Part shown: in pieces, positions 8,897-18,756 of the stretch
Numbering within the stretch: position 1 is the first letter of the stretch
How the letters are laid out: every line of letters begins with the position of its first letter
From: Bacillota bacterium
GTDB lineage: Bacteria; Bacillota_I; Bacilli_A; ML615J-28; CAG-698
Length of the DNA stretch: 64,000 nucleotides
Direction: 5' to 3'
Assembly (NCBI GenBank): GCA_023410025.1
Contig: JAEYQM010000030.1
Location: 6,420 to 70,419 of the forward strand
The notes under the pieces: model-generated
What the model saw: only the letters and a program-made list of their open reading frames with translations
What the model was told of the DNA's origin: nothing
Database searches by the model: none
Position numbers and translations under genes: made by a program

Positions 8897-9763
8897 TTAG
8901 TTTAAAATTGTAATATCATAATATATACTAAAATCATCTAATGGACTCAATGTAACAATATTATCTTTTTCAATAAAGTAGTTTTGACTATCATGACGAT
9001 CAGCATATCCTACCCATGGTTCTAAACACAAGAATTTTGCCCCTGGTCTAGTCCATAATGCTAAAGAAACGAATTTTGGAAATGAGAATTCAATTCCTTT
9101 ACCAAGTTTATTAATTAGCTTAACTGAATCAGATTTTACTCTTGGAATAACTATTGCATCAGTTTCAAAATAATCATATTTTAAATTTAACTCATCTAAA
9201 CTAGTAAATGTCATTGAAGGGTTGACAAAGTTTAGTGTTCCCTTGTTTGTAACAGATGGGGCAGTAAATGATTCGGTTCTATTGAAAACTACCTTATAAT
9301 CTTCAAACTTTTCATTTTCATAAAGTGGAACATTAAATCCTGGATGTCCACCAAAGTTAAATGGCATATTTAATTCATCTTCGTTAAAAATATTAACTTT
9401 TGTTCTTAAAGTTTTATTTTTTAAACTATATGTAACAATTACTTTATATTTAAATGGATATTTTTCTAAAGTTTGTTCATTATAAACATTAACTAAACTA
9501 ATTTCATCTTCTAATTGATGTAAAACTTCAAACTCTTGATCGCGAAGAAATCCATGTTGTGGTAACTCATATCTTTTCCCATTAATGATGGTCCAATTAT
9601 CATTTAATCTTCCAACATTAGGAAATAAAAACGGAGCTTGACGATTCCAAACTTGATCTGATTGACGAATATATTCTCTTTCCTCACAAATCAAACTTTT
9701 CTTTTCTGCACCCTTACTCAACACAGTTAATTCCATGAAATCATTTTTTATTCTAAATTCCAT
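8897..9763 (-). CDS. aldose 1-epimerase family protein (YihR/LacX-like)
   Basis: A 288-aa protein with the HPGFN motif and a mutarotase-like fold signature. Confidence 0.75.
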   Translation of the reverse strand: MEFRIKNDFMELTVLSKGAEKKSLICEEREYIRQSDQVWNRQAPFLFPNVGRLNDNWTIINGKRYELPQHGFLRDQEFEVLHQLEDEISLVNVYNEQTLEKYPFKYKVIVTYSLKNKTLRTKVNIFNEDELNMPFNFGGHPGFNVPLYENEKFEDYKVVFNRTESFTAPSVTNKGTLNFVNPSMTFTSLDELNLKYDYFETDAIVIPRVKSDSVKLINKLGKGIEFSFPKFVSLALWTRPGAKFLCLEPWVGYADRHDSQNYFIEKDNIVTLSPLDDFSIYYDITILN

Positions 9764-9912
9764 TATATCCTCCGTAAATTAATTATTTTATTTAAAATAT
9801 TACCAATTAATTATACTATAAAAAATAATATCTAACAATGTTTTTTATTTTATTTTTTAATAGTGTAATTTTATATTCTTTTTGCTATAATATTACTATA
9901 AAAGGTGAAAAT

Positions 9913-10797
9913 ATGGAAATTATTAAAATAACTCCACAAGGATTTTGTTTAGGGGTAATTAAAGCAATTCAAATAATTAATAAAGCCCTAGAAGATCCAA
10001 ATCTTCAAAAACCAATTTATATGTATGGTGGACTAGTTCATAATAAACATATTATTAATGCCTATAAAGAAAAAGGTGTAATAATTGTTGATGACATATT
10101 TAATATCTATAAAGGAACTATTGTAATTACTGCCCATGGTGTAAGTGATGAAATAATAAATTTAATTAAAGAAAGAAATTTGGGTTTAATTAATACAACA
10201 TGTAAATATGTTTATAAAACCCATAATTTAATTAAAGAAAAACTATCTGAAGGTTATGAAATAATTTTCTTTGGTAAAAAAACACACCCAGAGACTAAAG
10301 GTGTACTAGGGATTGATTCAAGAATTAATTTAATCGAGTCAATTAATGATATTGATAATTTAAATATAGATTCTAAAAACATAGTCTTTACAACCCAAAC
10401 TACCATGTCTTATATTGAAGTTGAAGAAATTATTGAAAAATTAATTAAAAAATATCCTTTCATCAAAACATTCGAAGATGTATGTAGTGCAACAAAATCA
10501 AGGCAAATGGCCTTAATTAATCAAGCCAAAGACAGTGATTTATGTATTGTTGTCGGTGATCCAAAAAGTAATAACACAAACAAACTTAAAGAAGTTTGTT
10601 TAAAATATACTAATGCCTTTTGTATTATGATTGAAAATGTTGAAGATCTAAAAAATTTTGATTTTTCAAAATATCAAAAAATTTCAGTAACCGCGGGAGC
10701 ATCAACTCCACCAAAGATAGTTGATGAAGTAATAAATGGTATAAAAAATAATCAATTTAATAGTAAACTAAAAAGTGATGACTATTTAAAATTTTAA
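9913..10797 (+). CDS. ispH: 4-hydroxy-3-methylbut-2-enyl diphosphate reductase
   Basis: The motifs GFCLGV, TAHGVS, NTTCKYV and HPETKG identify IspH. The start is set at the ATG at 9913, which has an aaaggtga RBS, rather than the longer tracked ORF. Confidence 0.9.
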   Translation: MEIIKITPQGFCLGVIKAIQIINKALEDPNLQKPIYMYGGLVHNKHIINAYKEKGVIIVDDIFNIYKGTIVITAHGVSDEIINLIKERNLGLINTTCKYVYKTHNLIKEKLSEGYEIIFFGKKTHPETKGVLGIDSRINLIESINDIDNLNIDSKNIVFTTQTTMSYIEVEEIIEKLIKKYPFIKTFEDVCSATKSRQMALINQAKDSDLCIVVGDPKSNNTNKLKEVCLKYTNAFCIMIENVEDLKNFDFSKYQKISVTAGASTPPKIVDEVINGIKNNQFNSKLKSDDYLKF

Positions 10798-10833
10798 GAC
10801 TCTTAGCAATTTTATGCTAAGAGTCTTTTTTTA
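10798..10833. terminator. bidirectional terminator between ispH and pheT
   Basis: The hairpin gactcttagca-N5-tgctaagagtc has flanking T-runs. Confidence 0.65.
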
Positions 10834-10834
10834 A

Positions 10835-13216
10835 TTAATTTCTTAATTGTGCACCAAATTTAAAGTTTAAATCCTTTAATATTCTCTTAATCTTATTATT
10901 AATTACTTCATCAGTTAAAGCAATATCGCTTGTAAACACAAGTTTTAATGCAATTGATTTTTCATCACTACCAATCTTATCACCTTCGTAAACGTCAAAT
11001 ACTGTTACATCAGATAATAATTCCTTATCGGATTTATATATAGAATCAATTAATTCTTTTGAAAGAATATTCTTCTTTACAACAACAGCAATATCTCTTT
11101 CAACACTTGGTAATTTACTAATTTGTGAATAAGTAAATGGTTGTTTTGAAATACCTAATAATCTATCTAAATTAATTTCAAATACATAAACATCATCTAA
11201 GTCATTTTGTAATGCAAACATCGGATGAACTTGACCAATAAACCCAACATTTACATCATTAACAATTATCTTAGCACTTCTTTTTGGATGTAATTCATTT
11301 GATTCTTTATCAAGTGGTAATAAATTTAATTTATAACCTAAATTAGTAAATAATGTATCTAAAATTCCTTTAACTAAGAAGAAATCAACATGTTCAACTT
11401 GTTGTTTCCATAAAGTTGAAGAAAATGTATTTACTAAAGCTCCACCCAAATATGTTTCTTCAGTATAATCTTCTTGTTTATAGTAAACTTTTCCAACTTC
11501 AAATATACCAACATTTTCAATCTTTCGTTGCAAATTATATTTAACAACTTCAATTAAACTTGGAATCAAGCCGAATCTTAAAGTACTACGATCCTCACTT
11601 AAAGGCATTAGTAGTCTAATCGGTTCAATATTTTCAGGATGATTATATGTAAATAGATTATTTTGGTCACTACTTACTAATGAATATGTATAAGTTTCAT
11701 ATAAACCTGCTTGCGATAATACTGTTTTAAATTTTCGAATAGTTTTTTGTCTTTCAGATAAATAACCAACCATATTATCAACAGGTAATGTAATTTTTAA
11801 ATTCTCATATCCATATATTCTACCTATTTCTTCAATTAAATCCTCTTTAATAGTAATATCAGGTCGTCTATTAGGAACTAAAACTTCTAAATTTTCATTA
11901 ACTTCAAAACTTAATCCATTTAAAATTTTAATTATTTCTTCCTTAGTAATTTTGATACCTAGTCTTTTTTCAACATCACACTCAGTTAATACTATTTTTT
12001 TATCATCTACTTTTTCTAATCCTTCAAAAGTAACTTCACTACTTATTTCACCATTTGCCAACTGTGTTAGTAAATAGTTTGTGTAATCTAGTGCTGCTTT
12101 CATTCTATTGATATCTACACCACGTTCAAAACGAACTGATGATTCACTTCTTAATCCAAGTCTAGATGACGTTTGTCTAACTACTAAAGGCTTAAAGCAT
12201 GCAACTTCAATTACCAAGTTTTTAGTAGCTTCAGTTACTTCAGTATCTAATCCACCCATAACACCAGCTAAGGCAACAGGTTTTTGTCCATCAGTGATTA
12301 CTATATCTGTATCAATAAGATTTCTCTTTATACCATCTAAAGTAATAATTTCTTCATTTTGTTTGGCATTTCTAACAACAATATTCTTTCCTAATTTGTC
12401 ATAATCAAATGCATGAAGTGGTTGACCAAATAGCACAAGGATATAGTTTGTAATGTCTACGACATTATTTATTGGTCTAATTCCAAATGCGATTAGACGC
12501 GATTTTAACCACGTTGGTGAGGGTTTTATTTGCACGTTCTTAACCACTTGCGCATAATATGATAAACAATCGCTTGATTCTAATTTTAAATTTATTTTTT
12601 CATTTAAACTAGATTTTGTATATTTATATACTAATTGTTTTAATGGTCTATTAAATACTGAGCTTGCTTCATAAGCAACACCTATTAAAGATAATAAATC
12701 ACCACGGTTTGGAGTTAATCCTAATTCAATTACATCATCATGTAAATTTAAGGCAACTTTTGCATCAGATCCAATTTCCACAGGTTCTTTAAAGTAATAT
12801 ATACCTTCTGAATATTCTGGACTTATATATTTCTTATCAACACCTAATTCTTGTAATGAGCATACCATCCCAAATGATTCTACTCCTCTAATTTTTGACT
12901 TTTTAATTTGGAAGTTACCAGGTAGTACAGCTCCAACTAAAGCCACAATTACATATTGATCAACATCAACATTACTTGCACCACAAACAATTTGTAATAT
13001 TTCACTCTTAACATCAACTGTTAATACATTTAAATGATCACTATCAGGATGTTTAACCTTTGTTAATACATGACCAATAACAATATTTGATGCATCAATA
13101 ACTTTTGAAACTCCTTCTACTTCAACAGAGTATAGAGATAATTTCCTTACTATTTCACTAACTTCTAGTCCAGATAAATCAACTAGTTCATTTAACCATT
13201 CTAATTTTACTTTCAT
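10835..13216 (-). CDS. pheT: phenylalanine--tRNA ligase beta subunit
   Basis: 793 aa with full-length PheT architecture (tRNA-binding, B3/4, B5 and FDX-ACB domains). Confidence 0.95.
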   Translation of the reverse strand: MKVKLEWLNELVDLSGLEVSEIVRKLSLYSVEVEGVSKVIDASNIVIGHVLTKVKHPDSDHLNVLTVDVKSEILQIVCGASNVDVDQYVIVALVGAVLPGNFQIKKSKIRGVESFGMVCSLQELGVDKKYISPEYSEGIYYFKEPVEIGSDAKVALNLHDDVIELGLTPNRGDLLSLIGVAYEASSVFNRPLKQLVYKYTKSSLNEKINLKLESSDCLSYYAQVVKNVQIKPSPTWLKSRLIAFGIRPINNVVDITNYILVLFGQPLHAFDYDKLGKNIVVRNAKQNEEIITLDGIKRNLIDTDIVITDGQKPVALAGVMGGLDTEVTEATKNLVIEVACFKPLVVRQTSSRLGLRSESSVRFERGVDINRMKAALDYTNYLLTQLANGEISSEVTFEGLEKVDDKKIVLTECDVEKRLGIKITKEEIIKILNGLSFEVNENLEVLVPNRRPDITIKEDLIEEIGRIYGYENLKITLPVDNMVGYLSERQKTIRKFKTVLSQAGLYETYTYSLVSSDQNNLFTYNHPENIEPIRLLMPLSEDRSTLRFGLIPSLIEVVKYNLQRKIENVGIFEVGKVYYKQEDYTEETYLGGALVNTFSSTLWKQQVEHVDFFLVKGILDTLFTNLGYKLNLLPLDKESNELHPKRSAKIIVNDVNVGFIGQVHPMFALQNDLDDVYVFEINLDRLLGISKQPFTYSQISKLPSVERDIAVVVKKNILSKELIDSIYKSDKELLSDVTVFDVYEGDKIGSDEKSIALKLVFTSDIALTDEVINNKIKRILKDLNFKFGAQLRN

Positions 13217-13225
13217 AATACACCT

Positions 13226-14257
13226 CTAAAACTGTTTAAGAAATCTTACATCATCGATGTAGAAGTTTCTAATATCATCAATTCCGTATTTCAGCATTGT
13301 TATTCTTTCTACTCCCACACCGAATGCAAAGCCTGTATATTTACTACTATCATATCCTGCCATTTCTAATACATTAGGATGTACCATACCAGCACCTAGT
13401 ACTTCAATCCAACCTGTATGTTTACATAATGGGCATCCTTTAGATCCACATTTAAAGCAGCTTACATCTACTTCAACGCTTGGTTCAGTAAATGGGAAAA
13501 AAGATGGTCTTAATCTAATTTTTCTTTCATTACCAAACAATTTTTGAGAAATAGTTAACAATGTTCCTTTTAAATCAGACATTGTGATGTTTTCGCCAAC
13601 AACTAATCCTTCAATTTGCATAAATTGATGAGAGTGAGTTGCATCATCATCATCTCTACGATATACCTTACCTGGACAAATAATTTTAATTGGTTTGCCT
13701 TCTTCTTTTAGTAAAGTTCTTACTTGTACAGGTGAAGTATGAGTTCTTAATAATCTTTCTGGATTAATATAAAATGTATCTTGCATTGCACGAGCTGGAT
13801 GACCCTTAGGTAAGTTTAACATTTCAAAATTGTATAAATCTTTTTCAACTTCTGGTCCTTCTTCAACTGTATAGCCCATACCAATAAATATATCTTCAAG
13901 TTCTTGAGTAACTAATGTTAGAGGATGTAATTTTCCAACACTCATCTTTTTACCAGGAAGAGTAACATCTATGGCCTCTTTTTCTAATCGATCCATTACT
14001 TCCCTATTTTCTAGATACTTTCTTCTCTCTTCAACAAGTCCCTCAATTTCACTTTTAAAATCATTAATTTGTTTACCAAGTTCTTTTTTACCTTCAACAT
14101 CCAAATCCTTCATTTGCGCCATTATTTCTTGTAATTTACTCTTCTTACCTAAATAACTAGCTTTTACTTCATTAAGTGAATGAATTGAATTTGTAGATTC
14201 AATTTCTTTAATTGCTTCAATTTTTAAAATACTTAATTCCATATTTTCCTCCAACAA
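13226..14257 (-). CDS. pheS: phenylalanine--tRNA ligase alpha subunit
   Basis: 343 aa with class II aaRS motifs. The GGAGG RBS sits 6 nt upstream. Confidence 0.95.
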   Translation of the reverse strand: MLEENMELSILKIEAIKEIESTNSIHSLNEVKASYLGKKSKLQEIMAQMKDLDVEGKKELGKQINDFKSEIEGLVEERRKYLENREVMDRLEKEAIDVTLPGKKMSVGKLHPLTLVTQELEDIFIGMGYTVEEGPEVEKDLYNFEMLNLPKGHPARAMQDTFYINPERLLRTHTSPVQVRTLLKEEGKPIKIICPGKVYRRDDDDATHSHQFMQIEGLVVGENITMSDLKGTLLTISQKLFGNERKIRLRPSFFPFTEPSVEVDVSCFKCGSKGCPLCKHTGWIEVLGAGMVHPNVLEMAGYDSSKYTGFAFGVGVERITMLKYGIDDIRNFYIDDVRFLKQF

Positions 14258-14490
14258 AAAATCCCTAAGAGATTAACTCCTAAGGACGAATTTTTTCCGT
14301 GGTACCACCTTAGTTCACATTCAAAATTAGCCTGTGCACTCATTAGTTTGTAACGCAACTTAAACGGGTTTGATTAGAACCTCTCTAAAGACGAATTCCC
14401 ACTCTTGTTTTAGAAAACTTCCACCAGCATTTTCCTCTCTATAAAAACATTAAAAGTAGTACTACTTCCTTATCATTGATTTATATTATT
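14258..14490 (-). ncRNA. T-box riboswitch leader of pheST (Phe-specific candidate)
   Basis: On the minus strand, AAGGTGGTACCACGG (T-box consensus GGGTGGNACCGCG) lies immediately 5' of a terminator. The terminator forms in RNA as CCUUAGGAG-UUAAU-CUCUUAGGG, which needs G-U pairs, followed by UUUUUU and then GGAGG and the ATG. The upstream sequence GGGAAUUCGUC carries a UUC Phe codon that could be the specifier. Confidence 0.6.
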
Positions 14491-14523
14491 ATACCATTAA
14501 TAAAGAAGTTTATCAAGTGATTA

Positions 14524-14841
14524 TTACATATTTCCTAAAAATTGACCGCAACTATTACATCCTGTATTACAACAGTTAATTTCTTGTGATGTATTAGTTT
14601 CACAGCATGATGGTTTTGTACAACAGAAATGTCTCTTAATATATTGATTATTAATTTGTGTAATGTCTTCTAAAATATGTAATTGATTAGTGATAATTGG
14701 ACGATTAACAACACTTACTCTTCTAGTCACGATTGGAGGAAGATTATTAATTTGTGGCGGAAGATTAGTAACAGTTGTTCCTAGTGTAGGTTCAATAAAT
14801 TGATTTTGCATTCCTGGAAATTCATTAAAGTTAAAGTTCAT
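14524..14841 (-). CDS. Cys-rich spore coat protein, CotD-like (candidate)
   Basis: 105 aa. A hydrophilic N-terminal half is followed by a C-terminal CC..C..CC.....CC..GC..CG cluster. The layout resembles the inner coat protein CotD. RBS is aaaggaggtg. Confidence 0.4.
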   Translation of the reverse strand: MNFNFNEFPGMQNQFIEPTLGTTVTNLPPQINNLPPIVTRRVSVVNRPIITNQLHILEDITQINNQYIKRHFCCTKPSCCETNTSQEINCCNTGCNSCGQFLGNM

Positions 14842-14916
14842 AATTTCACCTCCTTTAGTAGTATTATACGAAAGGTTTTTAAAAATGAATGTGTAATTGT
14901 CATAGTCAAATTATAA

Positions 14917-14945
14917 CATTATTTTCGGTTGACTTTAAAAATTAA
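14917..14945 (+). promoter_or_regulatory. sigma-A type promoter for clpP
   Basis: TTGACT, a 17-nt spacer, then TAGAAT, about 30 nt upstream of the clpP RBS. Confidence 0.45.
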
Positions 14946-14977
14946 TTAGTGTAGAATTATTTTATAGGAGGTTGCAT

Positions 14978-15559
14978 ATGTACTATACACCTATTGTTAT
15001 TGAGAGAACATCTCAGGGAGAAAGATCTTATGATATTTACTCTCGTTTATTAAAAGATAGAATTATTATGTTATGTGGAGAGATAGATGATACATTATCA
15101 AATAGTATCGTTGCACAATTACTATTCTTAGCTGCTGAAGATTCTGAAAAAGATATATATCTATATATCAATTCACCTGGTGGATCAATTAGTGCCGGAA
15201 TGGCAATATATGATACGATGAATTTAATCCAACCAAAAGTATCTACTATCTGTATTGGTATGGCAGCATCAATGGCGGCATTCTTACTGGCTAGTGGAGA
15301 AAAAGGAAAAAGATTTGCCCTTCCAAATAGTGAGATTATGATTCACCAACCATTAGGGGGTGCCCAAGGGCAAGCCACAGAAATTCAAATAGCTGCCAAA
15401 CACATCATTAGAATTCGTGAAAGAATGAATAGAATTTTATCAGAAAAAACTGGTAAACCATATGAAGTAATTGAACTTGATACTGAAAGAGATAATTATA
15501 TGTTTGCTGAAGAAGCATTAGCATATGGAATTATCGATTCTATTATGGAAAAGAAATAA
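14978..15559 (+). CDS. clpP: ATP-dependent Clp protease proteolytic subunit
   Basis: The protein has the catalytic Ser-His-Asp context ([14 protein letters not shown]). The start is set at the ATG at 14978, with a taggagg RBS, rather than the tracked TTG at 14972. Confidence 0.95.
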   Translation: MYYTPIVIERTSQGERSYDIYSRLLKDRIIMLCGEIDDTLSNSIVAQLLFLAAEDSEKDIYLYINSPGGSISAGMAIYDTMNLIQPKVSTICIGMAASMAAFLLASGEKGKRFALPNSEIMIHQPLGGAQGQATEIQIAAKHIIRIRERMNRILSEKTGKPYEVIELDTERDNYMFAEEALAYGIIDSIMEKK

Positions 15560-15592
15560 AAAAATGCACTTATGTGCATTTTTTTATTTTAT
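15560..15592. terminator. bidirectional terminator
   Basis: The hairpin aaaaatgcac-ttat-gtgcattttt. Confidence 0.6.
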
Positions 15593-15594
15593 AT

Positions 15595-16113
15595 TTATAG
15601 ATCGTATGTTTCAAGCCCTAAAGCATCATAAACAGAATTATCATATCTAATATTATATTTCTTTTCTTTTTCTAAATATTTTTGATGACTTTGTGGCCAA
15701 TTCTTTAAAGCTAATTCTAAAATTGCTTCTTGATATGAAATATGAAGAGATAAATTCTTCTTTATTGATGTTGGAGCTCTATCAAAATCAACAGAGCGAA
15801 TACCATTAACATTCATAGCAATAATTGGCATTTGCGAGTTTATTGCATATTCAACTTGCCATCTAGTAAACTTACGATAACTCTTTGTGAATTCTCCAAT
15901 TAAAAGGACACACACCTTTGCTTGATTCATTCTTTCCTGTAATTTTGCTTTTAAAGTTTCATCATCAACTTTATCAATACTCTGATAGATATCATATCCA
16001 TCAATCATATCAAATGATGATCCATCACTTTGTTTCCATTCTTTTATTTCGTTGTAATATTTGTTATCATTAGCCCCATCATATGCTACATATATCTTTT
16101 CAGTGTATGCCAT
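15595..16113 (-). CDS. TIR-like domain protein (DUF1863 / Thoeris ThsB-like)
   Basis: The segment KIYVAYDGANDNKYY...VCVLLIGEFTKSYRKFTRWQVEYAI...PIIAMNVNG aligns with the MTH538 and ThsB TIR-like family (VFFSFHY...VTCVLIGSQTFNRRWVRYEIMKSI...IIGIHIN). Its GGAGG RBS overlaps the nadK stop, so it is the last gene of the relQ-nadK operon. Confidence 0.6.
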   Translation of the reverse strand: MAYTEKIYVAYDGANDNKYYNEIKEWKQSDGSSFDMIDGYDIYQSIDKVDDETLKAKLQERMNQAKVCVLLIGEFTKSYRKFTRWQVEYAINSQMPIIAMNVNGIRSVDFDRAPTSIKKNLSLHISYQEAILELALKNWPQSHQKYLEKEKKYNIRYDNSVYDALGLETYDL

Positions 16114-16122
16114 TTTATCCTC

Positions 16123-16890
16123 CTAAACTAAAAAACTCTTCCTAACTCTATCCCAAAAACATGAATCATTTTTGGAAATAAATTTAACTGTCTTTTTTGA
16201 TAACTTAATTTCTATTGTGTTTGCTTGTTTAAAATCATCAATTATTCCATCAAAGGAAACTGTTGTTTTTTCAAAATTTGATTTTAATATAACCTTCGTA
16301 TTGCTTGATAAAACTATTGGTGAAGATATAGTACTAAAAACACGATTGTTTATTGGTGCTACCTCAGCAAGTTGTATTGCTTTAATTGATGGATCAATTA
16401 TACTTCCACCAACAGATTTATTAAATGCTGTCGATCCAGTTGGTGTTGAAACAATTAATCCTGAACCTCTAAAGGTTTCAAAATGAATATCATTAATATA
16501 GACATCAATAATTTGTGTATGAATTGGATTAATTATTGCTAATTCATTTAAAGCATAATATACTTTTTCTTCATTATCACTTATTAATTTATATTCTAGT
16601 AAACTATATTCAGCAACATTATTAGAATTTTCATCTAATATATCTAAAATTTCTAAACCTTCATCTTTTGAAAAATCTGTATAAAACCCAAGTTTTCCAT
16701 AATTAATACCTATAATCTTTACATGATCAATCATATCGATATATTTATGTACAGTTTGAAGAATGGTCCCATCACCACCAATAGAAAAAATATATTCCGG
16801 ATTTAAATCATCCCTAATATGTCCTAAATCTTCAAGTTTTTTTGAAACTAAACTAATTTCATCTTCTTTTCCAAAAACTGTATAGATCAT
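16123..16890 (-). CDS. nadK: NAD(+) kinase
   Basis: GGDGT and the NYGKLGFYTDF motifs identify it. An ATGA start/stop overlap couples it to relQ. Confidence 0.9.
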   Translation of the reverse strand: MIYTVFGKEDEISLVSKKLEDLGHIRDDLNPEYIFSIGGDGTILQTVHKYIDMIDHVKIIGINYGKLGFYTDFSKDEGLEILDILDENSNNVAEYSLLEYKLISDNEEKVYYALNELAIINPIHTQIIDVYINDIHFETFRGSGLIVSTPTGSTAFNKSVGGSIIDPSIKAIQLAEVAPINNRVFSTISSPIVLSSNTKVILKSNFEKTTVSFDGIIDDFKQANTIEIKLSKKTVKFISKNDSCFWDRVRKSFLV

Positions 16891-17555
16891 AAATTTCCTC
16901 GGTATAAATTATTTAAACCCCAATCAAAATCGTATTCTTCTCTCGTGTTTCCGTTTCGAAACCTGTCAACTTCATCTTTAATACCAGTCATTTCACTATC
17001 AAGCTCAGCAGTGATTTTTGCTGCTTGTTGTAGCCTTTGTTTAATGTTATCTGGAATATTGTGATAATATTTATATTTTAGTGAATGTTCAATGCTTGCC
17101 CAAAGATGCATTGCTAGTGTTCTTATTTGAAATTCAATATAAATTGGTTTTTGACCATCAATCGTTTCAACATTATATCTTGCGATTAAATGTAATGATC
17201 GATATCCTGATTCTTTAGGTTCTTTAATATAGTCCTTCACAAGAACAGTTTCAATATCTTTTCTATTAGTTAATAAATCAAATACACTATACACATCTTG
17301 AGTATACTTACACGTAATTCTAATTCCACCGATATCTTGAATAAGTTCCGGGATGTCTCTAAAATCAACACCAAGTCTTTTTGCCTTTTCAATTATACTT
17401 GAGGGAGTCTTTATACGCCCAACAACCATTTCAATAGGATTTTTAACTCCACTAATAATAAATTGTTTTTTCATAGATTCTAATTTTAATATAAAACCAG
17501 AAATAGCAAGTTCATAGGGTTGAAGAAATGCATCCCAATTAAACGTTTCAATCAT
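16887..17555 (-). CDS. relQ: small alarmone (p)ppGpp synthetase, RelQ/YjbM-type
   Basis: 222 aa with a RelA/SpoT synthetase domain (GRIK.P.SI.EK, YRSLHL, EFQIRT). Its position next to yjbK and nadK is conserved. Confidence 0.85.
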   Translation of the reverse strand: MIETFNWDAFLQPYELAISGFILKLESMKKQFIISGVKNPIEMVVGRIKTPSSIIEKAKRLGVDFRDIPELIQDIGGIRITCKYTQDVYSVFDLLTNRKDIETVLVKDYIKEPKESGYRSLHLIARYNVETIDGQKPIYIEFQIRTLAMHLWASIEHSLKYKYYHNIPDNIKQRLQQAAKITAELDSEMTGIKDEVDRFRNGNTREEYDFDWGLNNLYRGNL

Positions 17556-17708
17556 TAATTATCACCCAATATATAATACCACAAAATTTTATTTTTTTAA
17601 ACACTTATATTTAATAAAATAATTTTTGTGAGTATTTAAATATTTTTATATTGCATTTTGAATTTTTTTATGTATAATATAAATAATTATACGGATAGGA
17701 GAGATATA

Positions 17709-18278
17709 ATGCAAAAAAGTAATGGCGTTGAATTCAAAAGCCTTATTACCGAAGAAGAATATGAAAAGCTCGTAAATTTATTCAAAGGTAATAAAACTGA
17801 TACACAAACTAACCATTATTTCGATACACCTCGTTTTTCTTTAAAAGCCCTAGATGTTTCACTTAGAGTTCGTGAACGTGATAACTATGAGCTTACATTA
17901 AAACGAAAAAAAGGATACTCCGTTAATATGATAAATGTGGAAATATCAAAACAAGATTTTCTTTTGATGAAAGAATCTTCAATTGTTAACAATCCAGAAA
18001 TCAGAAATGAGTTACAATCAATGATTGGAGAACAGAAGCTTGTTAATTTTTTAAGTTTATCAACTCATAGAACTTATTTCCCTTATAAAAGTGGGGTATT
18101 ATTTATAGATAAAAGTGAGTACTTAGGTGTAACAGATTACGAGATTGAATTTTCAGCAAATTCATATAATCTTGGGAAAAGGGATTTCATTGGATTAATT
18201 AATGAATTTGAAATTCAATATAAAAAAGCTGACAAAAAAATAAAACGAGCATTTAATGCATATAAAAGATTAAATTAA
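17709..18278 (+). CDS. CYTH-domain (triphosphate tunnel metalloenzyme) protein, YjbK-like
   Basis: EFKSL...EYE...HYFDTP...R.R together with the YjbK synteny. The start is set at the ATG at 17709, after a ggagag RBS. An extended -10 TGTATAAT sits at 17671-17678. Confidence 0.75.
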   Translation: MQKSNGVEFKSLITEEEYEKLVNLFKGNKTDTQTNHYFDTPRFSLKALDVSLRVRERDNYELTLKRKKGYSVNMINVEISKQDFLLMKESSIVNNPEIRNELQSMIGEQKLVNFLSLSTHRTYFPYKSGVLFIDKSEYLGVTDYEIEFSANSYNLGKRDFIGLINEFEIQYKKADKKIKRAFNAYKRLN

Positions 18279-18345
18279 AGTGTGGTTCCACACTTTTTTT
18301 ATTTCTATAAAAAAACAACCTTTTTCAAGGTTGTTAAATTTTTAT
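18279..18345. terminator. two back-to-back terminators, for CYTH (+) and for spx (-)
   Basis: Hairpins agtgtgg-ttc-cacact and aacaacctt-tttc-aaggttgtt, each followed by T-runs. Confidence 0.6.
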
Positions 18346-18756
18346 AGCTTTAACATAATCACAATCATCTTCACCTAAGCAAAAATTGCACTCTCTATCC
18401 CTAATTTCATCAGGAAGGAAAAGGGTAATATCATCATCATTATAGCCAACTTGTAAATCATTTTCGGTTACAATAATTGGTCTTTTTAATATTGTTGGAT
18501 TTGCTATTATAAATTCAACAAGATCATGTATTTTCATAGAATCAATATCGATGTTACTGTCCTTAAATACCTTTGATCTCATAGATATAATATCATCAAA
18601 CCCATTTTCACTATTTGCTAACATTTTAAAAATATCTTCTTTTGAAAGTTTTGTATGAAGTATATTTTTTTCAACGTACTTAATACCGTACTTATTAAAG
18701 TACTTTTTTACCTTTCGGCATGATAAACAACTTGGAGAAGTATATAGTTGAATCAT
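18334..18756 (-). CDS. spx: Spx/MgsR-family global regulator (ArsC fold) with a Cys-rich C-terminal extension
   Basis: MIQLYTSPSCLSCRKVKKYF matches the Spx N-terminal CxxC, and LQVGYNDDDI.LFLP matches Spx. There is an extra C-terminal RECNFCLGEDDCDY. Confidence 0.85.
   Translation of the reverse strand: MIQLYTSPSCLSCRKVKKYFNKYGIKYVEKNILHTKLSKEDIFKMLANSENGFDDIISMRSKVFKDSNIDIDSMKIHDLVEFIIANPTILKRPIIVTENDLQVGYNDDDITLFLPDEIRDRECNFCLGEDDCDYVKAIKI

Noticed and set aside
12108-12404. 98-aa plus-strand ORF inside pheT and similar antisense ORFs inside oppC, gerAA, tyrS, cadA, infB and nusA (for example 22826-23020, 31387-31704, 32820-33110, 38897-39106, 51600-52103, 53959-54672)
   Set aside because: All are antisense to long, well-supported genes. 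They show the Ser/Leu/Ile/Pro-rich composition of reverse-strand translations and lack an RBS.
14842-14971. CtsR operator upstream of clpP
   Set aside because: Only a single GTCAAC-like half-site is present near the -35 box (TCGGTTGACTTT). The tandem heptad repeat A/GGTCAAA-NAN-A/GGTCAAA is not.
15595-16113. A complete Thoeris system
   Set aside because: Only a ThsB-like TIR gene is present. No ThsA (SIR2/SLOG or TM-Macro) gene occurs within the window, so I report only the orphan TIR.
16887-17555. RelQ as a toxSAS toxin of a TA or defence module, given the adjacent TIR gene
   Set aside because: Its synteny with the CYTH (yjbK) and nadK genes is the conserved housekeeping RelQ/YjbM arrangement of Firmicutes. 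No small antitoxin ORF is adjacent, and the sequence shows no feature that distinguishes it from housekeeping SAS.
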